The notes: generated from the letters alone by a model not told the origin. Shown: positions 9,239 to 21,663, numbered from the stretch's first letter. The stretch is DNA of 64,000 bases from Planctomycetota bacterium (GCA_963204725.1 CAUJHH010000067.1:15459-79458), one strand, 5' to 3'. Translations and numbers: made by a program.

Positions 9239-9365
9239 TTCCGTCCGGGAGTGCCTCTGACTGGGGCTTTCGCCCGCTGCTGTCCGGGTTGCGTGGGCGA
9301 TGGGCGCGCGTACCCTTTGCGTCCCGATCGCCCGTGAATCGAGGGCGGGGTGACTGCGAGGAAGC

Positions 9366-10751
9366 ATGGCGGTGCGTCCGGTGTCTGGGCGTGGGATGGT
9401 CTGGTTCCGAGTGCTCGTGGGCGGCATTGCGCTGCTGGGAGCGATCGCGATCTTCGGCCTGCTGGTGGCGACGAAGCCGCGGCCGACGAGATTGGACCGC
9501 GAGGCCCCGGTGCTGACGGTGCGCGCGGTGACGATTGCACCGGTGGACGTGCCAAGGATCTGGATCGGGTACGGATCGGCGCGGGCGATGCATGTTGCGG
9601 ATGTGAGCGCGGAGGTTGCGGCGCGCGTGATCGAGCGCGACGAATCGGTCGAGCCGGGCATGGCGATCGAGAAGGGCGAGCCGATCATCGTGCTGGACCC
9701 GCACGACTTTGAGGAGCGTGTAAACTCGGGCGAGGCGCGGGCGGCGGCCCTCCGGGCGCAGATCGATGGACTTGCTTCTGGGGAGCAGCGCTGGCGCGAG
9801 CAGGCGGAGGCCATCGCGACGGAGCGAGAGATCGCGAAGGCGGAACTGGAGCGATTCCGCGATGCGCTGGCGCGCGACGCCGCGAACATCACCGACGTTG
9901 ATGTGCGCGTGCTGGCGGTGCACCGGCTGGAGCGTGAGTCGGCGGCGATCGCGCGCCAGCTCGAAGACATCCCGTTCCAGCGTGAGTCGCTGCGTGCGCA
10001 GCTCTTGGATCAGGAGGCGGCGCTCCAGATCGCTCGGCGTGACCTGGAGCGGACGCGGATTCTGAGCCCCATCCGGGGTGTGTTGCAGCGGGTTGTGCAG
10101 CGGCCGGGTGAGCGAGTGAGCGTTGGCGATGCCGTGGCGCGGATTGTGGATCTGTCGCGGATCGAGGTGCCGCTGATGGCGCCGATGTCGGCCACGGCGG
10201 ACCTGCGTGTGGGAGACGCGGTGGCTGCGTCGTCGGACTCACCTGGCTCGCCGGAATGGAAGGGTGTGATCTCGAGGATCGCGCCGGAGGCCGATGCACA
10301 GAGCCGGACGATCACGCTGTACGCGGAGATCATGCAGGACGTGACGGGTGACCCGACGACGCTCCTGCGTCCGGGGCAGTTCGTGGTGGCGGGCGTGACA
10401 TCGGCGTCGAAGGGACCTCGGCTGGTGGTGCCGCGGAAGGCGATCGACGGTGACAAGGTGTACGTGGCGGTCTCCGATGCGGAGGCGCCGGGATTGCTGC
10501 GGGCCAAGGCGAGGGCGGTGCGGACGCTCTGGCACCTCGATGGGAGCTATCCGGCACTCGATCCATTGGAAACGCAGTGGACGGTCGTCGAGGGCGAGTT
10601 GGAGCCGGGGGATGTGGTGATTGTGTCGAATCTTGACGTGGTGGCGGCGGGGACTCGGGTGCGAGTGGGACGGGGCACGGATTCGGGCGGGGATGGATCT
10701 GGAGTTGGGGCTGGGAGCGGGACCTCGGGCGCGAACGGGGGATCTCGATGA
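9366..10751 (+). CDS. Efflux RND transporter periplasmic adaptor (MFP/HlyD family), pump 1
   Basis: An N-terminal TM anchor (FRVLVGGIALLGAIAIFGLLVA), a long coiled-coil segment and a beta-barrel region (RILSPIRGVL..., RPGQFV). Its stop overlaps the RND permease start (ATGA at 10748-10751). Confidence 0.85.
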   Translation: MAVRPVSGRGMVWFRVLVGGIALLGAIAIFGLLVATKPRPTRLDREAPVLTVRAVTIAPVDVPRIWIGYGSARAMHVADVSAEVAARVIERDESVEPGMAIEKGEPIIVLDPHDFEERVNSGEARAAALRAQIDGLASGEQRWREQAEAIATEREIAKAELERFRDALARDAANITDVDVRVLAVHRLERESAAIARQLEDIPFQRESLRAQLLDQEAALQIARRDLERTRILSPIRGVLQRVVQRPGERVSVGDAVARIVDLSRIEVPLMAPMSATADLRVGDAVAASSDSPGSPEWKGVISRIAPEADAQSRTITLYAEIMQDVTGDPTTLLRPGQFVVAGVTSASKGPRLVVPRKAIDGDKVYVAVSDAEAPGLLRAKARAVRTLWHLDGSYPALDPLETQWTVVEGELEPGDVVIVSNLDVVAAGTRVRVGRGTDSGGDGSGVGAGSGTSGANGGSR

Positions 10752-13700
10752 GTCTCTCATCGTTCGGCGTGCGCCGGCCGGTCGTCGCGGATCTGGCGAT
10801 GTGCGCCGTTGTCGCGGCGGGGTTGATCTTCGGCGCCAAGCTGACGCGTGAGTTCTTCCCGGAGACGAGGCCGAACCGAGTGCAGGTCTCCGCGCCGTAT
10901 CCGGGCGCATCACCGGATGAGGTGGAGACCTCGATCGCGACGAAGATCGAGGATGCGCTGACAACGCTCGACAACGTGAAAGAGGTCACGAGCACGGTGG
11001 TCGAGGGGGGCGCATCGATCGTGGTGGAGTTCGAGGACGGCGTCGACGTGAAGGACGCGGTGGCGGACGTCAAGCGAGAGATCGACGCGCTGCAGGACTT
11101 TCCCGACGAGGCGGACCGGATCATCGTGCGCGAGCTGGAACCGAACCTGCCGGTGATCGTGCTGTCGATCTATGGGGATGCCTCCGAGGCGCGGCTCAAG
11201 GACGCGATCCTTGAGATTCGGGATGACCTGCGGTCGCTACCGAAGATGGGCGACGTGATCATCTCCGGCGTGCGAACGAATGAGGTCCGTGTTGAGGTTG
11301 ATCCTGCGGCGTTGGTCAAGCACGACCTTTCGATCGCGGGAGTCGCGGATCGCGTTCGTCAGTCGATGATCGAACTGCCGGGAGGATCGGTGCGTTCGGG
11401 CACTTCGACGATCGCGGTGCGGACACTGGGCGCACCGGAGCGGGCCGGTGACGTGCGAGAGATCATTGTCAAGGCGGGCGATGGTGGGTTCCTGCTGCGC
11501 CTGGGCGACATCGCGACGGTAAGCGAGGGGTTCGCGGACGTGGATCTCGCGGAGCGGCTCAATGGCAAGCCATCGATGTCGGTCACGATTCTGAAAATCG
11601 GACGCCAGGACGCGGTGCGCCTCGCGGATCTGGTAAAGGCGTATGCCGCAGGGCTCAAGGGCGATGCGTTCGTGCCGACGCGTGGCGAGACGTTCAAGAT
11701 GATGATCCGACGCCCGGGCTCGACGGATCCGGTGTCGGACCGCCAGCGTGCGTGGGAGCTCGGTGTTTCGCGGGCCGAGCGTACGCCCATGCCGGGGGAG
11801 GTCGCGCTCACAACCGATCTGGCGCGGTTTATCGTCGGCCGCCTGGATCTGCTCACGAGGAACGCGGTGTGGGGCGCGATTCTGGTGTTCATCACGCTGT
11901 CGCTGTTCCTGAACCTCCGGGTGTCGTTCTGGGTGACGGGCGGGATGGTGATCTCGATCATCGGCACGCTGGCGGTGATGAAGTTTGCAGGGATCTCGCT
12001 GAACCTGCTGTCGATGTTCGGGCTCATCATTGTGGTAGGGCTGCTGGTCGATGACGCGATCGTGGTGTCGGAGAACATCACCTCGAAGCACGAGGACGGA
12101 CTGGAGCCGGATCAGGCGGCGATCGAGGGTGCGGAGCAGGTGGCGTGGCCGGTCGTCGGCACGGTGCTGACGACGGTGTGCGCGTTCTTGCCCTTGACGT
12201 TCCTCGATGGGCAGACGGGCGAGTTGCTGGCCCAGTTGCCGATGGTGGCGGCGTGTGCGCTGGCGGTCTCGCTGCTGGAGGCCCTCTTCATCCTGCCGCG
12301 CCACATGGCGCACGCGCTCAGAGCGCAGGACCGTGCGGCGGCGACGGGGAAGCGGACACTGGTCGGGAAGCTGGAGGCCGGATTTGACCGGGCGCGCGAG
12401 GCGTTCCTGCATGATCGGGTGATCCCCACGTACGGACGTGTGCTGGCCTGGTGCCTGCGTCGGCGCTGGATGACGCTCTCGATCGTGTGCGCGGTGCTTG
12501 TCGGCTCGCTCGGGATGCTTGCGGGCGGGCGTCTGAAGTTCGTCTTTCTAGATGCGAGCGACGCCGAGACCGTGACCGCGGAGCTCCGGATGCCCGTGGG
12601 CACGCCTCTGGGAGAGACGAACCGGATCGCGAAGATGATCGAGCGGGCGGCTCTGGAGCAGCCGGAGGTCCGTTCGGTGTACGCGCTGGTGGGTTCGATC
12701 TCGTCGCTCTCGGGCGACGGCGGGAGCGCCCAGCAGACGCACCTCGGGCAGCTCATCATGGAACTCGCGCCGGTAGAAGAGCGGGACAGGACGAGCGACG
12801 AGGTGATCGTGGCGATGCGCAAGTCGCTCGGCGATCTGCCGGGTGTCAAGTCGCTGCGGATCCAGGGGATGGTCGGCGGGCCGGAGGGAACGGACATCAC
12901 ACTGACCGTCGCGGGGGATGACCCGGCGCTGCTCGCGCCCGTCGCCGCTGAGATCGAGCGTGCGCTCGCGGAGTTCGACGGCGTGTACGACATCGCCAAC
13001 GACGCGGACCGGGGGCAGCGGGAGCTGCGGATCCGGCTCAAGCCGGGGGCGAGCGAGCTCGGGTTCACAACGGAGAACGTGGCCAGACAGGTGCGAGCGG
13101 CGGTCTTCGGGCTGGAGGCGCACACGTTCCCGGGCCGGCTCGAGGATGTTGACGTCCGCGTGACGCTGCCGGAATCGACGCGCCGGAGCATCGCCACGAT
13201 CGAGTCTCTGCGGATCTTCTCGCCGACGGGGGCGAGCGTGCCACTGGCCGAGGTATGCACGCTCGAAGAGGTCGAGGGATACGCGACCGTGCGCCGCCTC
13301 AACGGCGACCGCGCGATCACGGTGAGCGCGGACGTCGATGCGGCGGTTGCGAACACCGAGCAGCTCATGGCGTCGCTGCGCCCGATGCTGCGCGAGATCG
13401 AACGGAAGAGCCCGGGGGTTCGGGTGATGGAGCGAGGGCGGCAGAAGGACATGATGGAGTCGTTCCAGCGGCTGCCGCTCGGGATGCTGACCGCGCTCGG
13501 GCTGATCTACCTTGTGCTGGCTTGGCTGTTCGCGAATCACATCCAGCCGCTGCTGGTGATGACGGCCATTCCGTTCAGCATGATCGGCGTGGTGTGGGGC
13601 CATTTGATCATGGGCTTCGACATGACGTTCCTGTCGCTGATCGGATTCGTGGCCCTTTCGGGCGTTGTTGTGAACGATTCTCTGGTGTATATCGAGTTCT

Positions 13701-14020
13701 ACAACTTGGAGAAGAAGCGGGGCGCGGAGACGCTGGGTGCACTGCTCGCTGCGGGACAGAACCGGATCCGTGCGATCCTCCTGACGACGATCACGACCGT
13801 CGCGGGTCTTGCGCCGATCATGCTCGAGCAGTCGTTCCAGGCGCGGTTCCTGATCCCGATGGCGATCACGATCAGCTTCGGGCTGATGTCCGCGACGGTG
13901 ATGATCCTCATCGCGCTGCCGTGCCTGATCGGTGCGTGCGGCGATATCCGCTCGCTTGTCGATCGGCTCTGGGGCGGGTCGTCCCGTGGCTCACGCCCCG
14001 ACGAGGGTATCAGCGCCTGA
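10748..14020 (+). CDS. Efflux RND transporter permease (AcrB/CzcA superfamily), pump 1
   Basis: 1090 aa, beginning with a TM helix followed by a large periplasmic loop, in a 12-TM layout. Contains LLSMFGLIIVVGLLVDDAIVVSENI and GFVALSGVVVNDSLVYIEF, the characteristic TM4/TM10 regions. Confidence 0.93.
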   Translation: MSLSSFGVRRPVVADLAMCAVVAAGLIFGAKLTREFFPETRPNRVQVSAPYPGASPDEVETSIATKIEDALTTLDNVKEVTSTVVEGGASIVVEFEDGVDVKDAVADVKREIDALQDFPDEADRIIVRELEPNLPVIVLSIYGDASEARLKDAILEIRDDLRSLPKMGDVIISGVRTNEVRVEVDPAALVKHDLSIAGVADRVRQSMIELPGGSVRSGTSTIAVRTLGAPERAGDVREIIVKAGDGGFLLRLGDIATVSEGFADVDLAERLNGKPSMSVTILKIGRQDAVRLADLVKAYAAGLKGDAFVPTRGETFKMMIRRPGSTDPVSDRQRAWELGVSRAERTPMPGEVALTTDLARFIVGRLDLLTRNAVWGAILVFITLSLFLNLRVSFWVTGGMVISIIGTLAVMKFAGISLNLLSMFGLIIVVGLLVDDAIVVSENITSKHEDGLEPDQAAIEGAEQVAWPVVGTVLTTVCAFLPLTFLDGQTGELLAQLPMVAACALAVSLLEALFILPRHMAHALRAQDRAAATGKRTLVGKLEAGFDRAREAFLHDRVIPTYGRVLAWCLRRRWMTLSIVCAVLVGSLGMLAGGRLKFVFLDASDAETVTAELRMPVGTPLGETNRIAKMIERAALEQPEVRSVYALVGSISSLSGDGGSAQQTHLGQLIMELAPVEERDRTSDEVIVAMRKSLGDLPGVKSLRIQGMVGGPEGTDITLTVAGDDPALLAPVAAEIERALAEFDGVYDIANDADRGQRELRIRLKPGASELGFTTENVARQVRAAVFGLEAHTFPGRLEDVDVRVTLPESTRRSIATIESLRIFSPTGASVPLAEVCTLEEVEGYATVRRLNGDRAITVSADVDAAVANTEQLMASLRPMLREIERKSPGVRVMERGRQKDMMESFQRLPLGMLTALGLIYLVLAWLFANHIQPLLVMTAIPFSMIGVVWGHLIMGFDMTFLSLIGFVALSGVVVNDSLVYIEFYNLEKKRGAETLGALLAAGQNRIRAILLTTITTVAGLAPIMLEQSFQARFLIPMAITISFGLMSATVMILIALPCLIGACGDIRSLVDRLWGGSSRGSRPDEGISA

Positions 14021-15446
14021 TGATGACGTAGCCGCGCCGGCCTCCGCGCTCGACATCGAGACGGACGCCGCGGCGCCAGGGCGCGTCGGCGAGGGCGGCC
14101 TTGAGTTCGTCAACGTTTGCGATCATCCTGCCGCCGACGGCGATGATGAGGTCGCCGGATTCCAGCCCCTCGCGCCGGGCGATGCCGTCCGCGTCGACGT
14201 TGGTGATCTGCACGCCTCCGAGGTCTGCCTCGCCGAAACCGGTCGCGCCGATGCGGACCGCGTTGGCGACGGTGATGCCGAGCGTTTCGAGGCGTTCTTC
14301 CTTGCGCGCGGCGGCGATCCACTGGTCGCGATCGACGATCTCGGCATCGATGGTGCGTCTTGATCCCTCGCGCAGGACTTCGAGCGGCACACGCTCGCCG
14401 GGCGTGGTGAACGCGATGGCATTGCGAAGTCGGTTGAAGGAGTCGACGGGTCGGCCGTCGAAGGAGGTCACGACATCGCCGACGCGGAGCCCGGCCTTGT
14501 CGGCGGGGCTCTCGGGCACGACGGATTCGATGATGGCACCGGCGGAGATGTTGAGGCCGAGCTGGGCGGCGCGGGTGGAGTCGACATCGTCGCCTCCCGC
14601 GCCGAGGTAGCCGCGCTGGGCACGCCCGCTGGCGATGATGTTCTCCATGACGTTGCGAGCCATTTTCGCGGGGATGGCAAAGCCGAGACCGATGGAGCCA
14701 CCAGTGCGGGTGATGATCGCTGAGTTGATGCCGACGACGCGCCCGTCGAGGTCGAGGAGCGGCCCACCGGAGTTGCCCGGGTTGATCGCGGCGTCGGTCT
14801 GGATGAATTCTTCGTAGAGGCCGTCGCCCGCGCTCCTGCCGACAATCCCGCTGCGGCCCTTGGCGCTCACAATGCCGGCGGTGACGGAGGAGTCGAAGCC
14901 GAAGGGGGAGCCGATGGCGACGACCCACTCGCCGACCTCCAGCGCTTCGGAGTCTCCGAAGGAGAGCGCGGGGAGTCCGGAGGCGTCGATCTTGAGGACG
15001 GCCAGATCGGTCGGCGGATCGGTGCCGACAACTGCTGCGTCGAGCTCGCGACCATCGGAGAGGCGGACGCGGAGCTGCTGGGCATCGGAGACGACGTGGT
15101 TGTTGGTGAGGACGTAGCCATCGTCGCTGACAATGACGCCGGAACCCAGGCCGCCGGGGGCGAGCTCGAGGCGGGGCGCGTCGAACACGCTGCGTCGTGT
15201 GTAGACCTGCTGGAGGGAGGTGATGTGCACGACTGAGGGCTCGGCCTTCCTCGCGACATGCTGGAAGGCGCGCGAGAGGGAGCGGGCGGCGGCGATATCG
15301 GCGCGCTCGGCGGGCGTGGCATCCGGGGGCTGGACGCCGATGGTTGAGACGGCGCTCGCGCTGCCGGAGTTGAGCATCAGGCCGAGGGTGAGCGATGATG
15401 CGGCGACACCTGCGAGGAGGATTCGTCCTGTACCTGCTCGACGCAT
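14010..15446 (-). CDS. htrA: HtrA/DegP-family periplasmic serine protease with two PDZ domains
   Basis: Signal peptide, catalytic-triad context (VLTNNHVV, D...DLAVLKI, GNSGGPLLDLDGRVVGINSAI) and two PDZ-like C-terminal segments. Confidence 0.92.
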   Translation of the reverse strand: MRRAGTGRILLAGVAASSLTLGLMLNSGSASAVSTIGVQPPDATPAERADIAAARSLSRAFQHVARKAEPSVVHITSLQQVYTRRSVFDAPRLELAPGGLGSGVIVSDDGYVLTNNHVVSDAQQLRVRLSDGRELDAAVVGTDPPTDLAVLKIDASGLPALSFGDSEALEVGEWVVAIGSPFGFDSSVTAGIVSAKGRSGIVGRSAGDGLYEEFIQTDAAINPGNSGGPLLDLDGRVVGINSAIITRTGGSIGLGFAIPAKMARNVMENIIASGRAQRGYLGAGGDDVDSTRAAQLGLNISAGAIIESVVPESPADKAGLRVGDVVTSFDGRPVDSFNRLRNAIAFTTPGERVPLEVLREGSRRTIDAEIVDRDQWIAAARKEERLETLGITVANAVRIGATGFGEADLGGVQITNVDADGIARREGLESGDLIIAVGGRMIANVDELKAALADAPWRRGVRLDVERGGRRGYVIIRR

Positions 15447-15506
15447 GGTTGGCTGCTCCTGGAGGGTCGGGGCCCGAACGGAATACGGCGCCGATCCGGC
15501 GCCGGT

Positions 15507-15971
15507 TCACGACTCGGCGTACTCGGCCCAGGTTGTGCTTGTTTCACCGACGCGGACACGCTCGAGTTTCAGACCCGGAGGGAACCGGTATGAGATCCCG
15601 GTGTGATCCTCGAACGTCTGTCCCGAGCTGATCCTTGCTTTCACATACTCGTAGATGTGCTTGGCGAGGACTTCCGTCGTGGGATCCGTGTTCTCAAAGA
15701 CCACCAGACGATCCCCGATCGCCTCAAGTGCGGGTCGGGCCTTGTCCGCGCTATTGATGGCCATGGCGTGGTCGAAGGTGTCGATGAACTCGGCGATCGC
15801 GACTTTCAGGGCCTTGAAGTCGCAGACCATGTCGTTCTGATCGAGCGAAGGGGCGGCGACCACCACCTCGATGCGGCGGGTATGGCCGTGCGGGAAGCGG
15901 CAGCGGTCCGGGTGCTTGGAGAGCATGTGACCGGACTCGACCTCAAAGACCTTGCAGACGCGGTAGACCAT
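15507..15971 (-). CDS. queD: 6-carboxy-5,6,7,8-tetrahydropterin synthase
   Basis: 154 aa, PTPS/QueD family: FEVESGHMLSKHPDRCRFPHGHTRRIEVVV carries the Zn-binding His residues. Confidence 0.9.
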   Translation of the reverse strand: MVYRVCKVFEVESGHMLSKHPDRCRFPHGHTRRIEVVVAAPSLDQNDMVCDFKALKVAIAEFIDTFDHAMAINSADKARPALEAIGDRLVVFENTDPTTEVLAKHIYEYVKARISSGQTFEDHTGISYRFPPGLKLERVRVGETSTTWAEYAES

Positions 15972-16023
15972 GAGGCGGGATGGTAGGAAAGGGGCCGGAC
16001 GCGGCGTGTGGAGCCTGCCGGAT

Positions 16024-16830
16024 TCAGGTGGCGCGGGTGTTGCCGAAGAGTTCGATGTGGAGACGGTTGCAGTAGCGCCAACCTCGTGAGATGCAGGCCC
16101 CCAGCACCCATGCCTTGTGCTCGGGCGTCGGGAGCTTCACGCCCTCGGGCATGAGCATGATGTCGCTGGGGGCGAGGTTGCGCAGCTGCGCGAGCAGCGA
16201 TTCGATCTCGGCAAGATCAGAAGGAGAGGCGACGACGAACTTCAACTGATGATCCGAATAGGCGTCGATCAGTTGCTGGATGATCGGGATGTTGAGACGC
16301 CGCCCTTCATGACGGGCGGCCCATGCGCCCGTGGGGTCGCGCGGATCAGGCGTCCCGTTGCTCGCACGCGGCGTCGAGTTCGACAGCTTCGGGCTCATGC
16401 TCATCAGCGAGCAGCCGGTCTCGGCCGGCGGGCGAAAGATGGTGGCCGCGGTCTCGATGGTGACGTGTATGCCCCGCGCGCTCAATTCGCGTCCGAGTGC
16501 GGCCATGGCATCGAAGAGCATCGGCTCGCCGCCGGTGAGCACGGCGTGGCGGATGCCTCCCCCGCTGCTGTCGCCCGATATATGGCCGATGGCCTCGGCG
16601 ACGAGATCGTCGACCGTGCGAGTCGGGCCCTCGGGATTCCAACTGGCGTAGGGCGTGTCGCACCAGGTGCAGCGGAGGTTGCAGCCGCTGGCGCGGCAGA
16701 ACCAACTCGGCACGCCCGTGAGTTTCCCCTCGCCCTGCACGGAGACGAACGTCTCCGCGATGCGGACGCGATCGGCGCGTGGAGCGACGCCGCTCTCATC
16801 GCTCGCGGGATGAATCGGGAGCGAAGTCAA
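16024..16830 (-). CDS. queE: 7-carboxy-7-deazaguanine synthase (radical SAM)
   Basis: [37 protein letters not shown] carries the QueE-type Cx14Cx2C cluster motif. The TTG start at 16830 overlaps the queC stop (TTGA); the start is uncertain. Confidence 0.9.
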   Translation of the reverse strand: MTSLPIHPASDESGVAPRADRVRIAETFVSVQGEGKLTGVPSWFCRASGCNLRCTWCDTPYASWNPEGPTRTVDDLVAEAIGHISGDSSGGGIRHAVLTGGEPMLFDAMAALGRELSARGIHVTIETAATIFRPPAETGCSLMSMSPKLSNSTPRASNGTPDPRDPTGAWAARHEGRRLNIPIIQQLIDAYSDHQLKFVVASPSDLAEIESLLAQLRNLAPSDIMLMPEGVKLPTPEHKAWVLGACISRGWRYCNRLHIELFGNTRAT

Positions 16831-17540
16831 GCGCGCGGCCTCGCGGCGTATCGCGTGGGGTCGGGGATGCCTGCCTCGGCAAACCCACGGATGCGGATGG
16901 CGCAGGAGTCGCAGGAGCCACAGGCGAGGCCCGCGTCGTAGGGGTCGTAGCAGGATGTGGTCAGCGAGAGATCGACGCCGAGTTCATGGCCGCGCCGGAT
17001 AATTCCGGCCTTCGTGAAGTCGATCAGCGGGGCCCGAACGCGGAACGGCCTGCCCTCGACGCCGTCCCTGGTGGCGAGATTCGCGGTACGTTCAAAGGAC
17101 TCGATGAACTCCGGGCGGCAGTCGGGATACCCCGAGTAATCGACTGCGTTGGCGCCGATGAAGATGTCTCCAGCCCCCACCACCTCCGCAAGCCCGAGCG
17201 CCACGGAGAGGAAGACCAGATTGCGGGCGGGGACGTAGGTGATGGGAATGGCGGCAGGCGATGCGCCCGCCTTCGGAACGTCGATGTCGGCAGTGAGGGC
17301 CGAGCCGCCGATGAGGCGAAGATCCAGCGGGATGACGCGGTGGTCGGCGGCCTGGAGGTGGGATGCGATCCTGCGTGCGGCGTCGAGTTCGACCCTGTGA
17401 CGCTGACCATAGTCGAAAGAGATGGCATGGCAGGTGAGGCCCTGCGATTGGGCGACGGCGAGTGTGACCGCGCTGTCGAGGCCGCCGGAGAGGAGGACGA
17501 CGGCGCGAGCGAGCGATGGCTCAGGTGAAGCATGCGGCAC
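16827..17540 (-). CDS. queC: 7-cyano-7-deazaguanine (preQ0) synthase
   Basis: [12 protein letters not shown] (PP-loop) and a C-terminal Zn motif [23 protein letters not shown] start. Confidence 0.93.
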   Translation of the reverse strand: MPHASPEPSLARAVVLLSGGLDSAVTLAVAQSQGLTCHAISFDYGQRHRVELDAARRIASHLQAADHRVIPLDLRLIGGSALTADIDVPKAGASPAAIPITYVPARNLVFLSVALGLAEVVGAGDIFIGANAVDYSGYPDCRPEFIESFERTANLATRDGVEGRPFRVRAPLIDFTKAGIIRRGHELGVDLSLTTSCYDPYDAGLACGSCDSCAIRIRGFAEAGIPDPTRYAARPRA

Positions 17541-17543
17541 GGT

Positions 17544-18281
17544 TCAGCCCGGCTTCCGAAGGACACAGGAGTGGAACGGCCTTCCCTCGCGTCGGTACTT
17601 GCGCTCGAAGTTGGTGCCGACGAGTTCGCCCTCGCCCGCGGCGGTTGTCTTCTGGTACGCCATCCGCTCGAATGCGGGCGTCGGGATCAATACCGGGATC
17701 TCTGGCGCGCGCTCCGGCGCGGTCCAGCGCGCGAAACGCTCCTCCATCCACGCCCAGTACTCGGAATGATCGGTCACGATGCGGAGCTCGCCTCCGGGGA
17801 GGAGGACACGCCACGCGTCGGCGAGGAAGCGGTCCTGCACCACGCGGTTTTTGTGGTGGCGAGACTTGGGCCACGGGTCGCTGAAGTAGAGGTGGATCAC
17901 GCGGACGATCGCGCTCGGGCAGCGCCAGCGAAGAAACTCGGTGGCGTCGGCGCGGAGCATGCGGGCGTTGGGGGCGCTGACGCGTCGGAGACGGTCGGCG
18001 GAGTACGAGTAGTACTCATGCTCCCATTCGATACCGAGGAAGTTGGCGTCGGGGCGCGCGCGGGACTCCTCGAGGATGAAGGTGCCCTTGCCGCAGCCGA
18101 TCTCGAGCTCGAACGGTAGCGAGGGATCGCGGAACCAGATGCGCGGGTCGTGGCGCCCGGACTCTGGTTCCGTGAGGATCGAATCCGGGAGCGGGGGCAG
18201 CTCGCCGGGTGCGATGCCGATCACGCCAGGGGCGTCGTCGAACTTCGGAGGTGTCGCTGGGGTGACCCCGGGGTCGTTCAT
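17544..18281 (-). CDS. trmB: tRNA (guanine46-N7)-methyltransferase
   Basis: LELEIGCGKGTFILEES (SAM-binding motif), HLYFSDPWPK.RHHKNR and GGELRIVTD. ATG at 18281 (the track uses the GTG at 18284). Confidence 0.9.
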   Translation of the reverse strand: MNDPGVTPATPPKFDDAPGVIGIAPGELPPLPDSILTEPESGRHDPRIWFRDPSLPFELEIGCGKGTFILEESRARPDANFLGIEWEHEYYSYSADRLRRVSAPNARMLRADATEFLRWRCPSAIVRVIHLYFSDPWPKSRHHKNRVVQDRFLADAWRVLLPGGELRIVTDHSEYWAWMEERFARWTAPERAPEIPVLIPTPAFERMAYQKTTAAGEGELVGTNFERKYRREGRPFHSCVLRKPG

Positions 18282-18937
18282 CACGGGATCTTATGGACGC
18301 GGGTGCGCCTCAGAGAGAGCGGGCAACCTCCGCCACGGCCCAAACGAGCTCGAAGCAGGCGATCCACGCCAGCGCGGCCCAATGGAGGTTTCTGAGCATG
18401 CCCGCGGCATCGAGGCTCCGGGCGTGCTCCTGGGTGCGGGATCGCATGGCGAAGAGCATCGACGGTGGTACCGGGTTGGAGGCGTGCAGGTGCGGTGTCG
18501 GATGACGGCGAGTGGGGATTGGTGCGTTTGTGCCGCGGATGCGGGTGTGTGAGGCGTTCGTGTGGGCATAGCAAGTCCGCCCGGCGCGCGGCGCACGATG
18601 CGGCGAGCGGGCCAATCCACGAGTTGCACACATTGGGCCAAGGGGAGCGGCGAGGGCGTGCCAGGTGCGCTGAAAGTGCGCCCGTTGCGGATGATTCGTC
18701 GGATCGATGATCCATCGGCGTGTTCGGGCGTATAAGAGATGGCAGGACAAATCATGCCCGGGATTGACGCGGGGGGCGCGACGGGCCGATAGCAGAACGA
18801 AGCTGCGCAGGATCGCGCTCCCAGCCCGGCCGGACGGCGGATCACTCGCCGCGTGATGCGGCTGTGCGATTGCCGACAGGTCGAGCGAGCGTCCATCCAC
18901 GCGGCGCACGAACGCCACGTCCCTGGAGGGAATCGCG

Positions 18938-21031
<2,094 letters not shown>

Positions 21032-21098
21032 GAGAAAAGGAGAGGGATCGAACGCGGAGAACGCGGCGGATCCCGGAGAGATCACCAAGGAACCGTGT

Positions 21099-21127
21099 GA
21101 CATGCCTGCTCCCTGAGCAGGCATGTC
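21099..21127 (+). terminator. Perfect 13-bp hairpin downstream of prkA (terminator or attenuator candidate)
   Basis: GACATGCCTGCTC (21099-21111), loop CCT, GAGCAGGCATGTC (21115-21127), followed by TCGTTCC. The T-tract is poor. Confidence 0.4.
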
Positions 21128-21183
21128 TCGTTCCTGGGACGAACGATCGAATCCTCCGATCCGTACTGTCAGTCGGTACCCCC

Positions 21184-21606
21184 ATGAGCCACCGACTGCC
21201 CTCGCCCAGCGCCGCAACCTGCCTCTCCTGCGGTTACGCGCTCACCGGGCTGGAGCCGGACGCCGCAGAGATGGTGCTCTGTCCGGAGTGCGGCACGCAC
21301 CAGTTGCCCCGTGTCGCACCACGGCCGCGGCTCCGAAGGCTCCTGCTCTGGTGCACACTGCCCACCATCGGGCTCTGCTCCTGCTGCGCCGTGCTGCTCC
21401 TGTTGGAGTGGGTGATGCCGCTGCTGTGGTTTGCCGCGGGCGCTGCATTGGTCGGCATCGTCGCGCCGATGTTTGGAGCCGCGCTCGCCGCGGGTCATTG
21501 GGATCGGCGCGTGAAGCAGGCCTGGCCGCTCGTGCTGATCTTCGGGTGGGGCCTGAATCTCGCGATCGGTACGCTGTACATGGGAATCGCGTTCTCGATC
21601 GTGTGA
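21184..21606 (+). CDS. Uncharacterised zinc-ribbon membrane protein (Cx2CGY...CPECG plus 3 TM), paralog 1
   Basis: Trimmed to the ATG at 21184. MSHRLPSPSAATCLSCGYALTGLEPDAAEMVLCPECG is followed by three hydrophobic helices. High GC3 in this frame. Confidence 0.65.
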   Translation: MSHRLPSPSAATCLSCGYALTGLEPDAAEMVLCPECGTHQLPRVAPRPRLRRLLLWCTLPTIGLCSCCAVLLLLEWVMPLLWFAAGAALVGIVAPMFGAALAAGHWDRRVKQAWPLVLIFGWGLNLAIGTLYMGIAFSIV

Positions 21607-21663
21607 TGGAGCGGCGAGCCGGATGATCTCCTTTGGCTTTGGGAGTTGGCTTTGGGAGATGGC

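Noticed and set aside
18282-18420. Possible preQ1 riboswitch upstream of the trmB-queCED operon.
   Set aside because: I could not find the small preQ1-I/II consensus (a conserved C-rich loop followed by an A-rich tail) on the minus strand. Only an Rfam scan could settle this.
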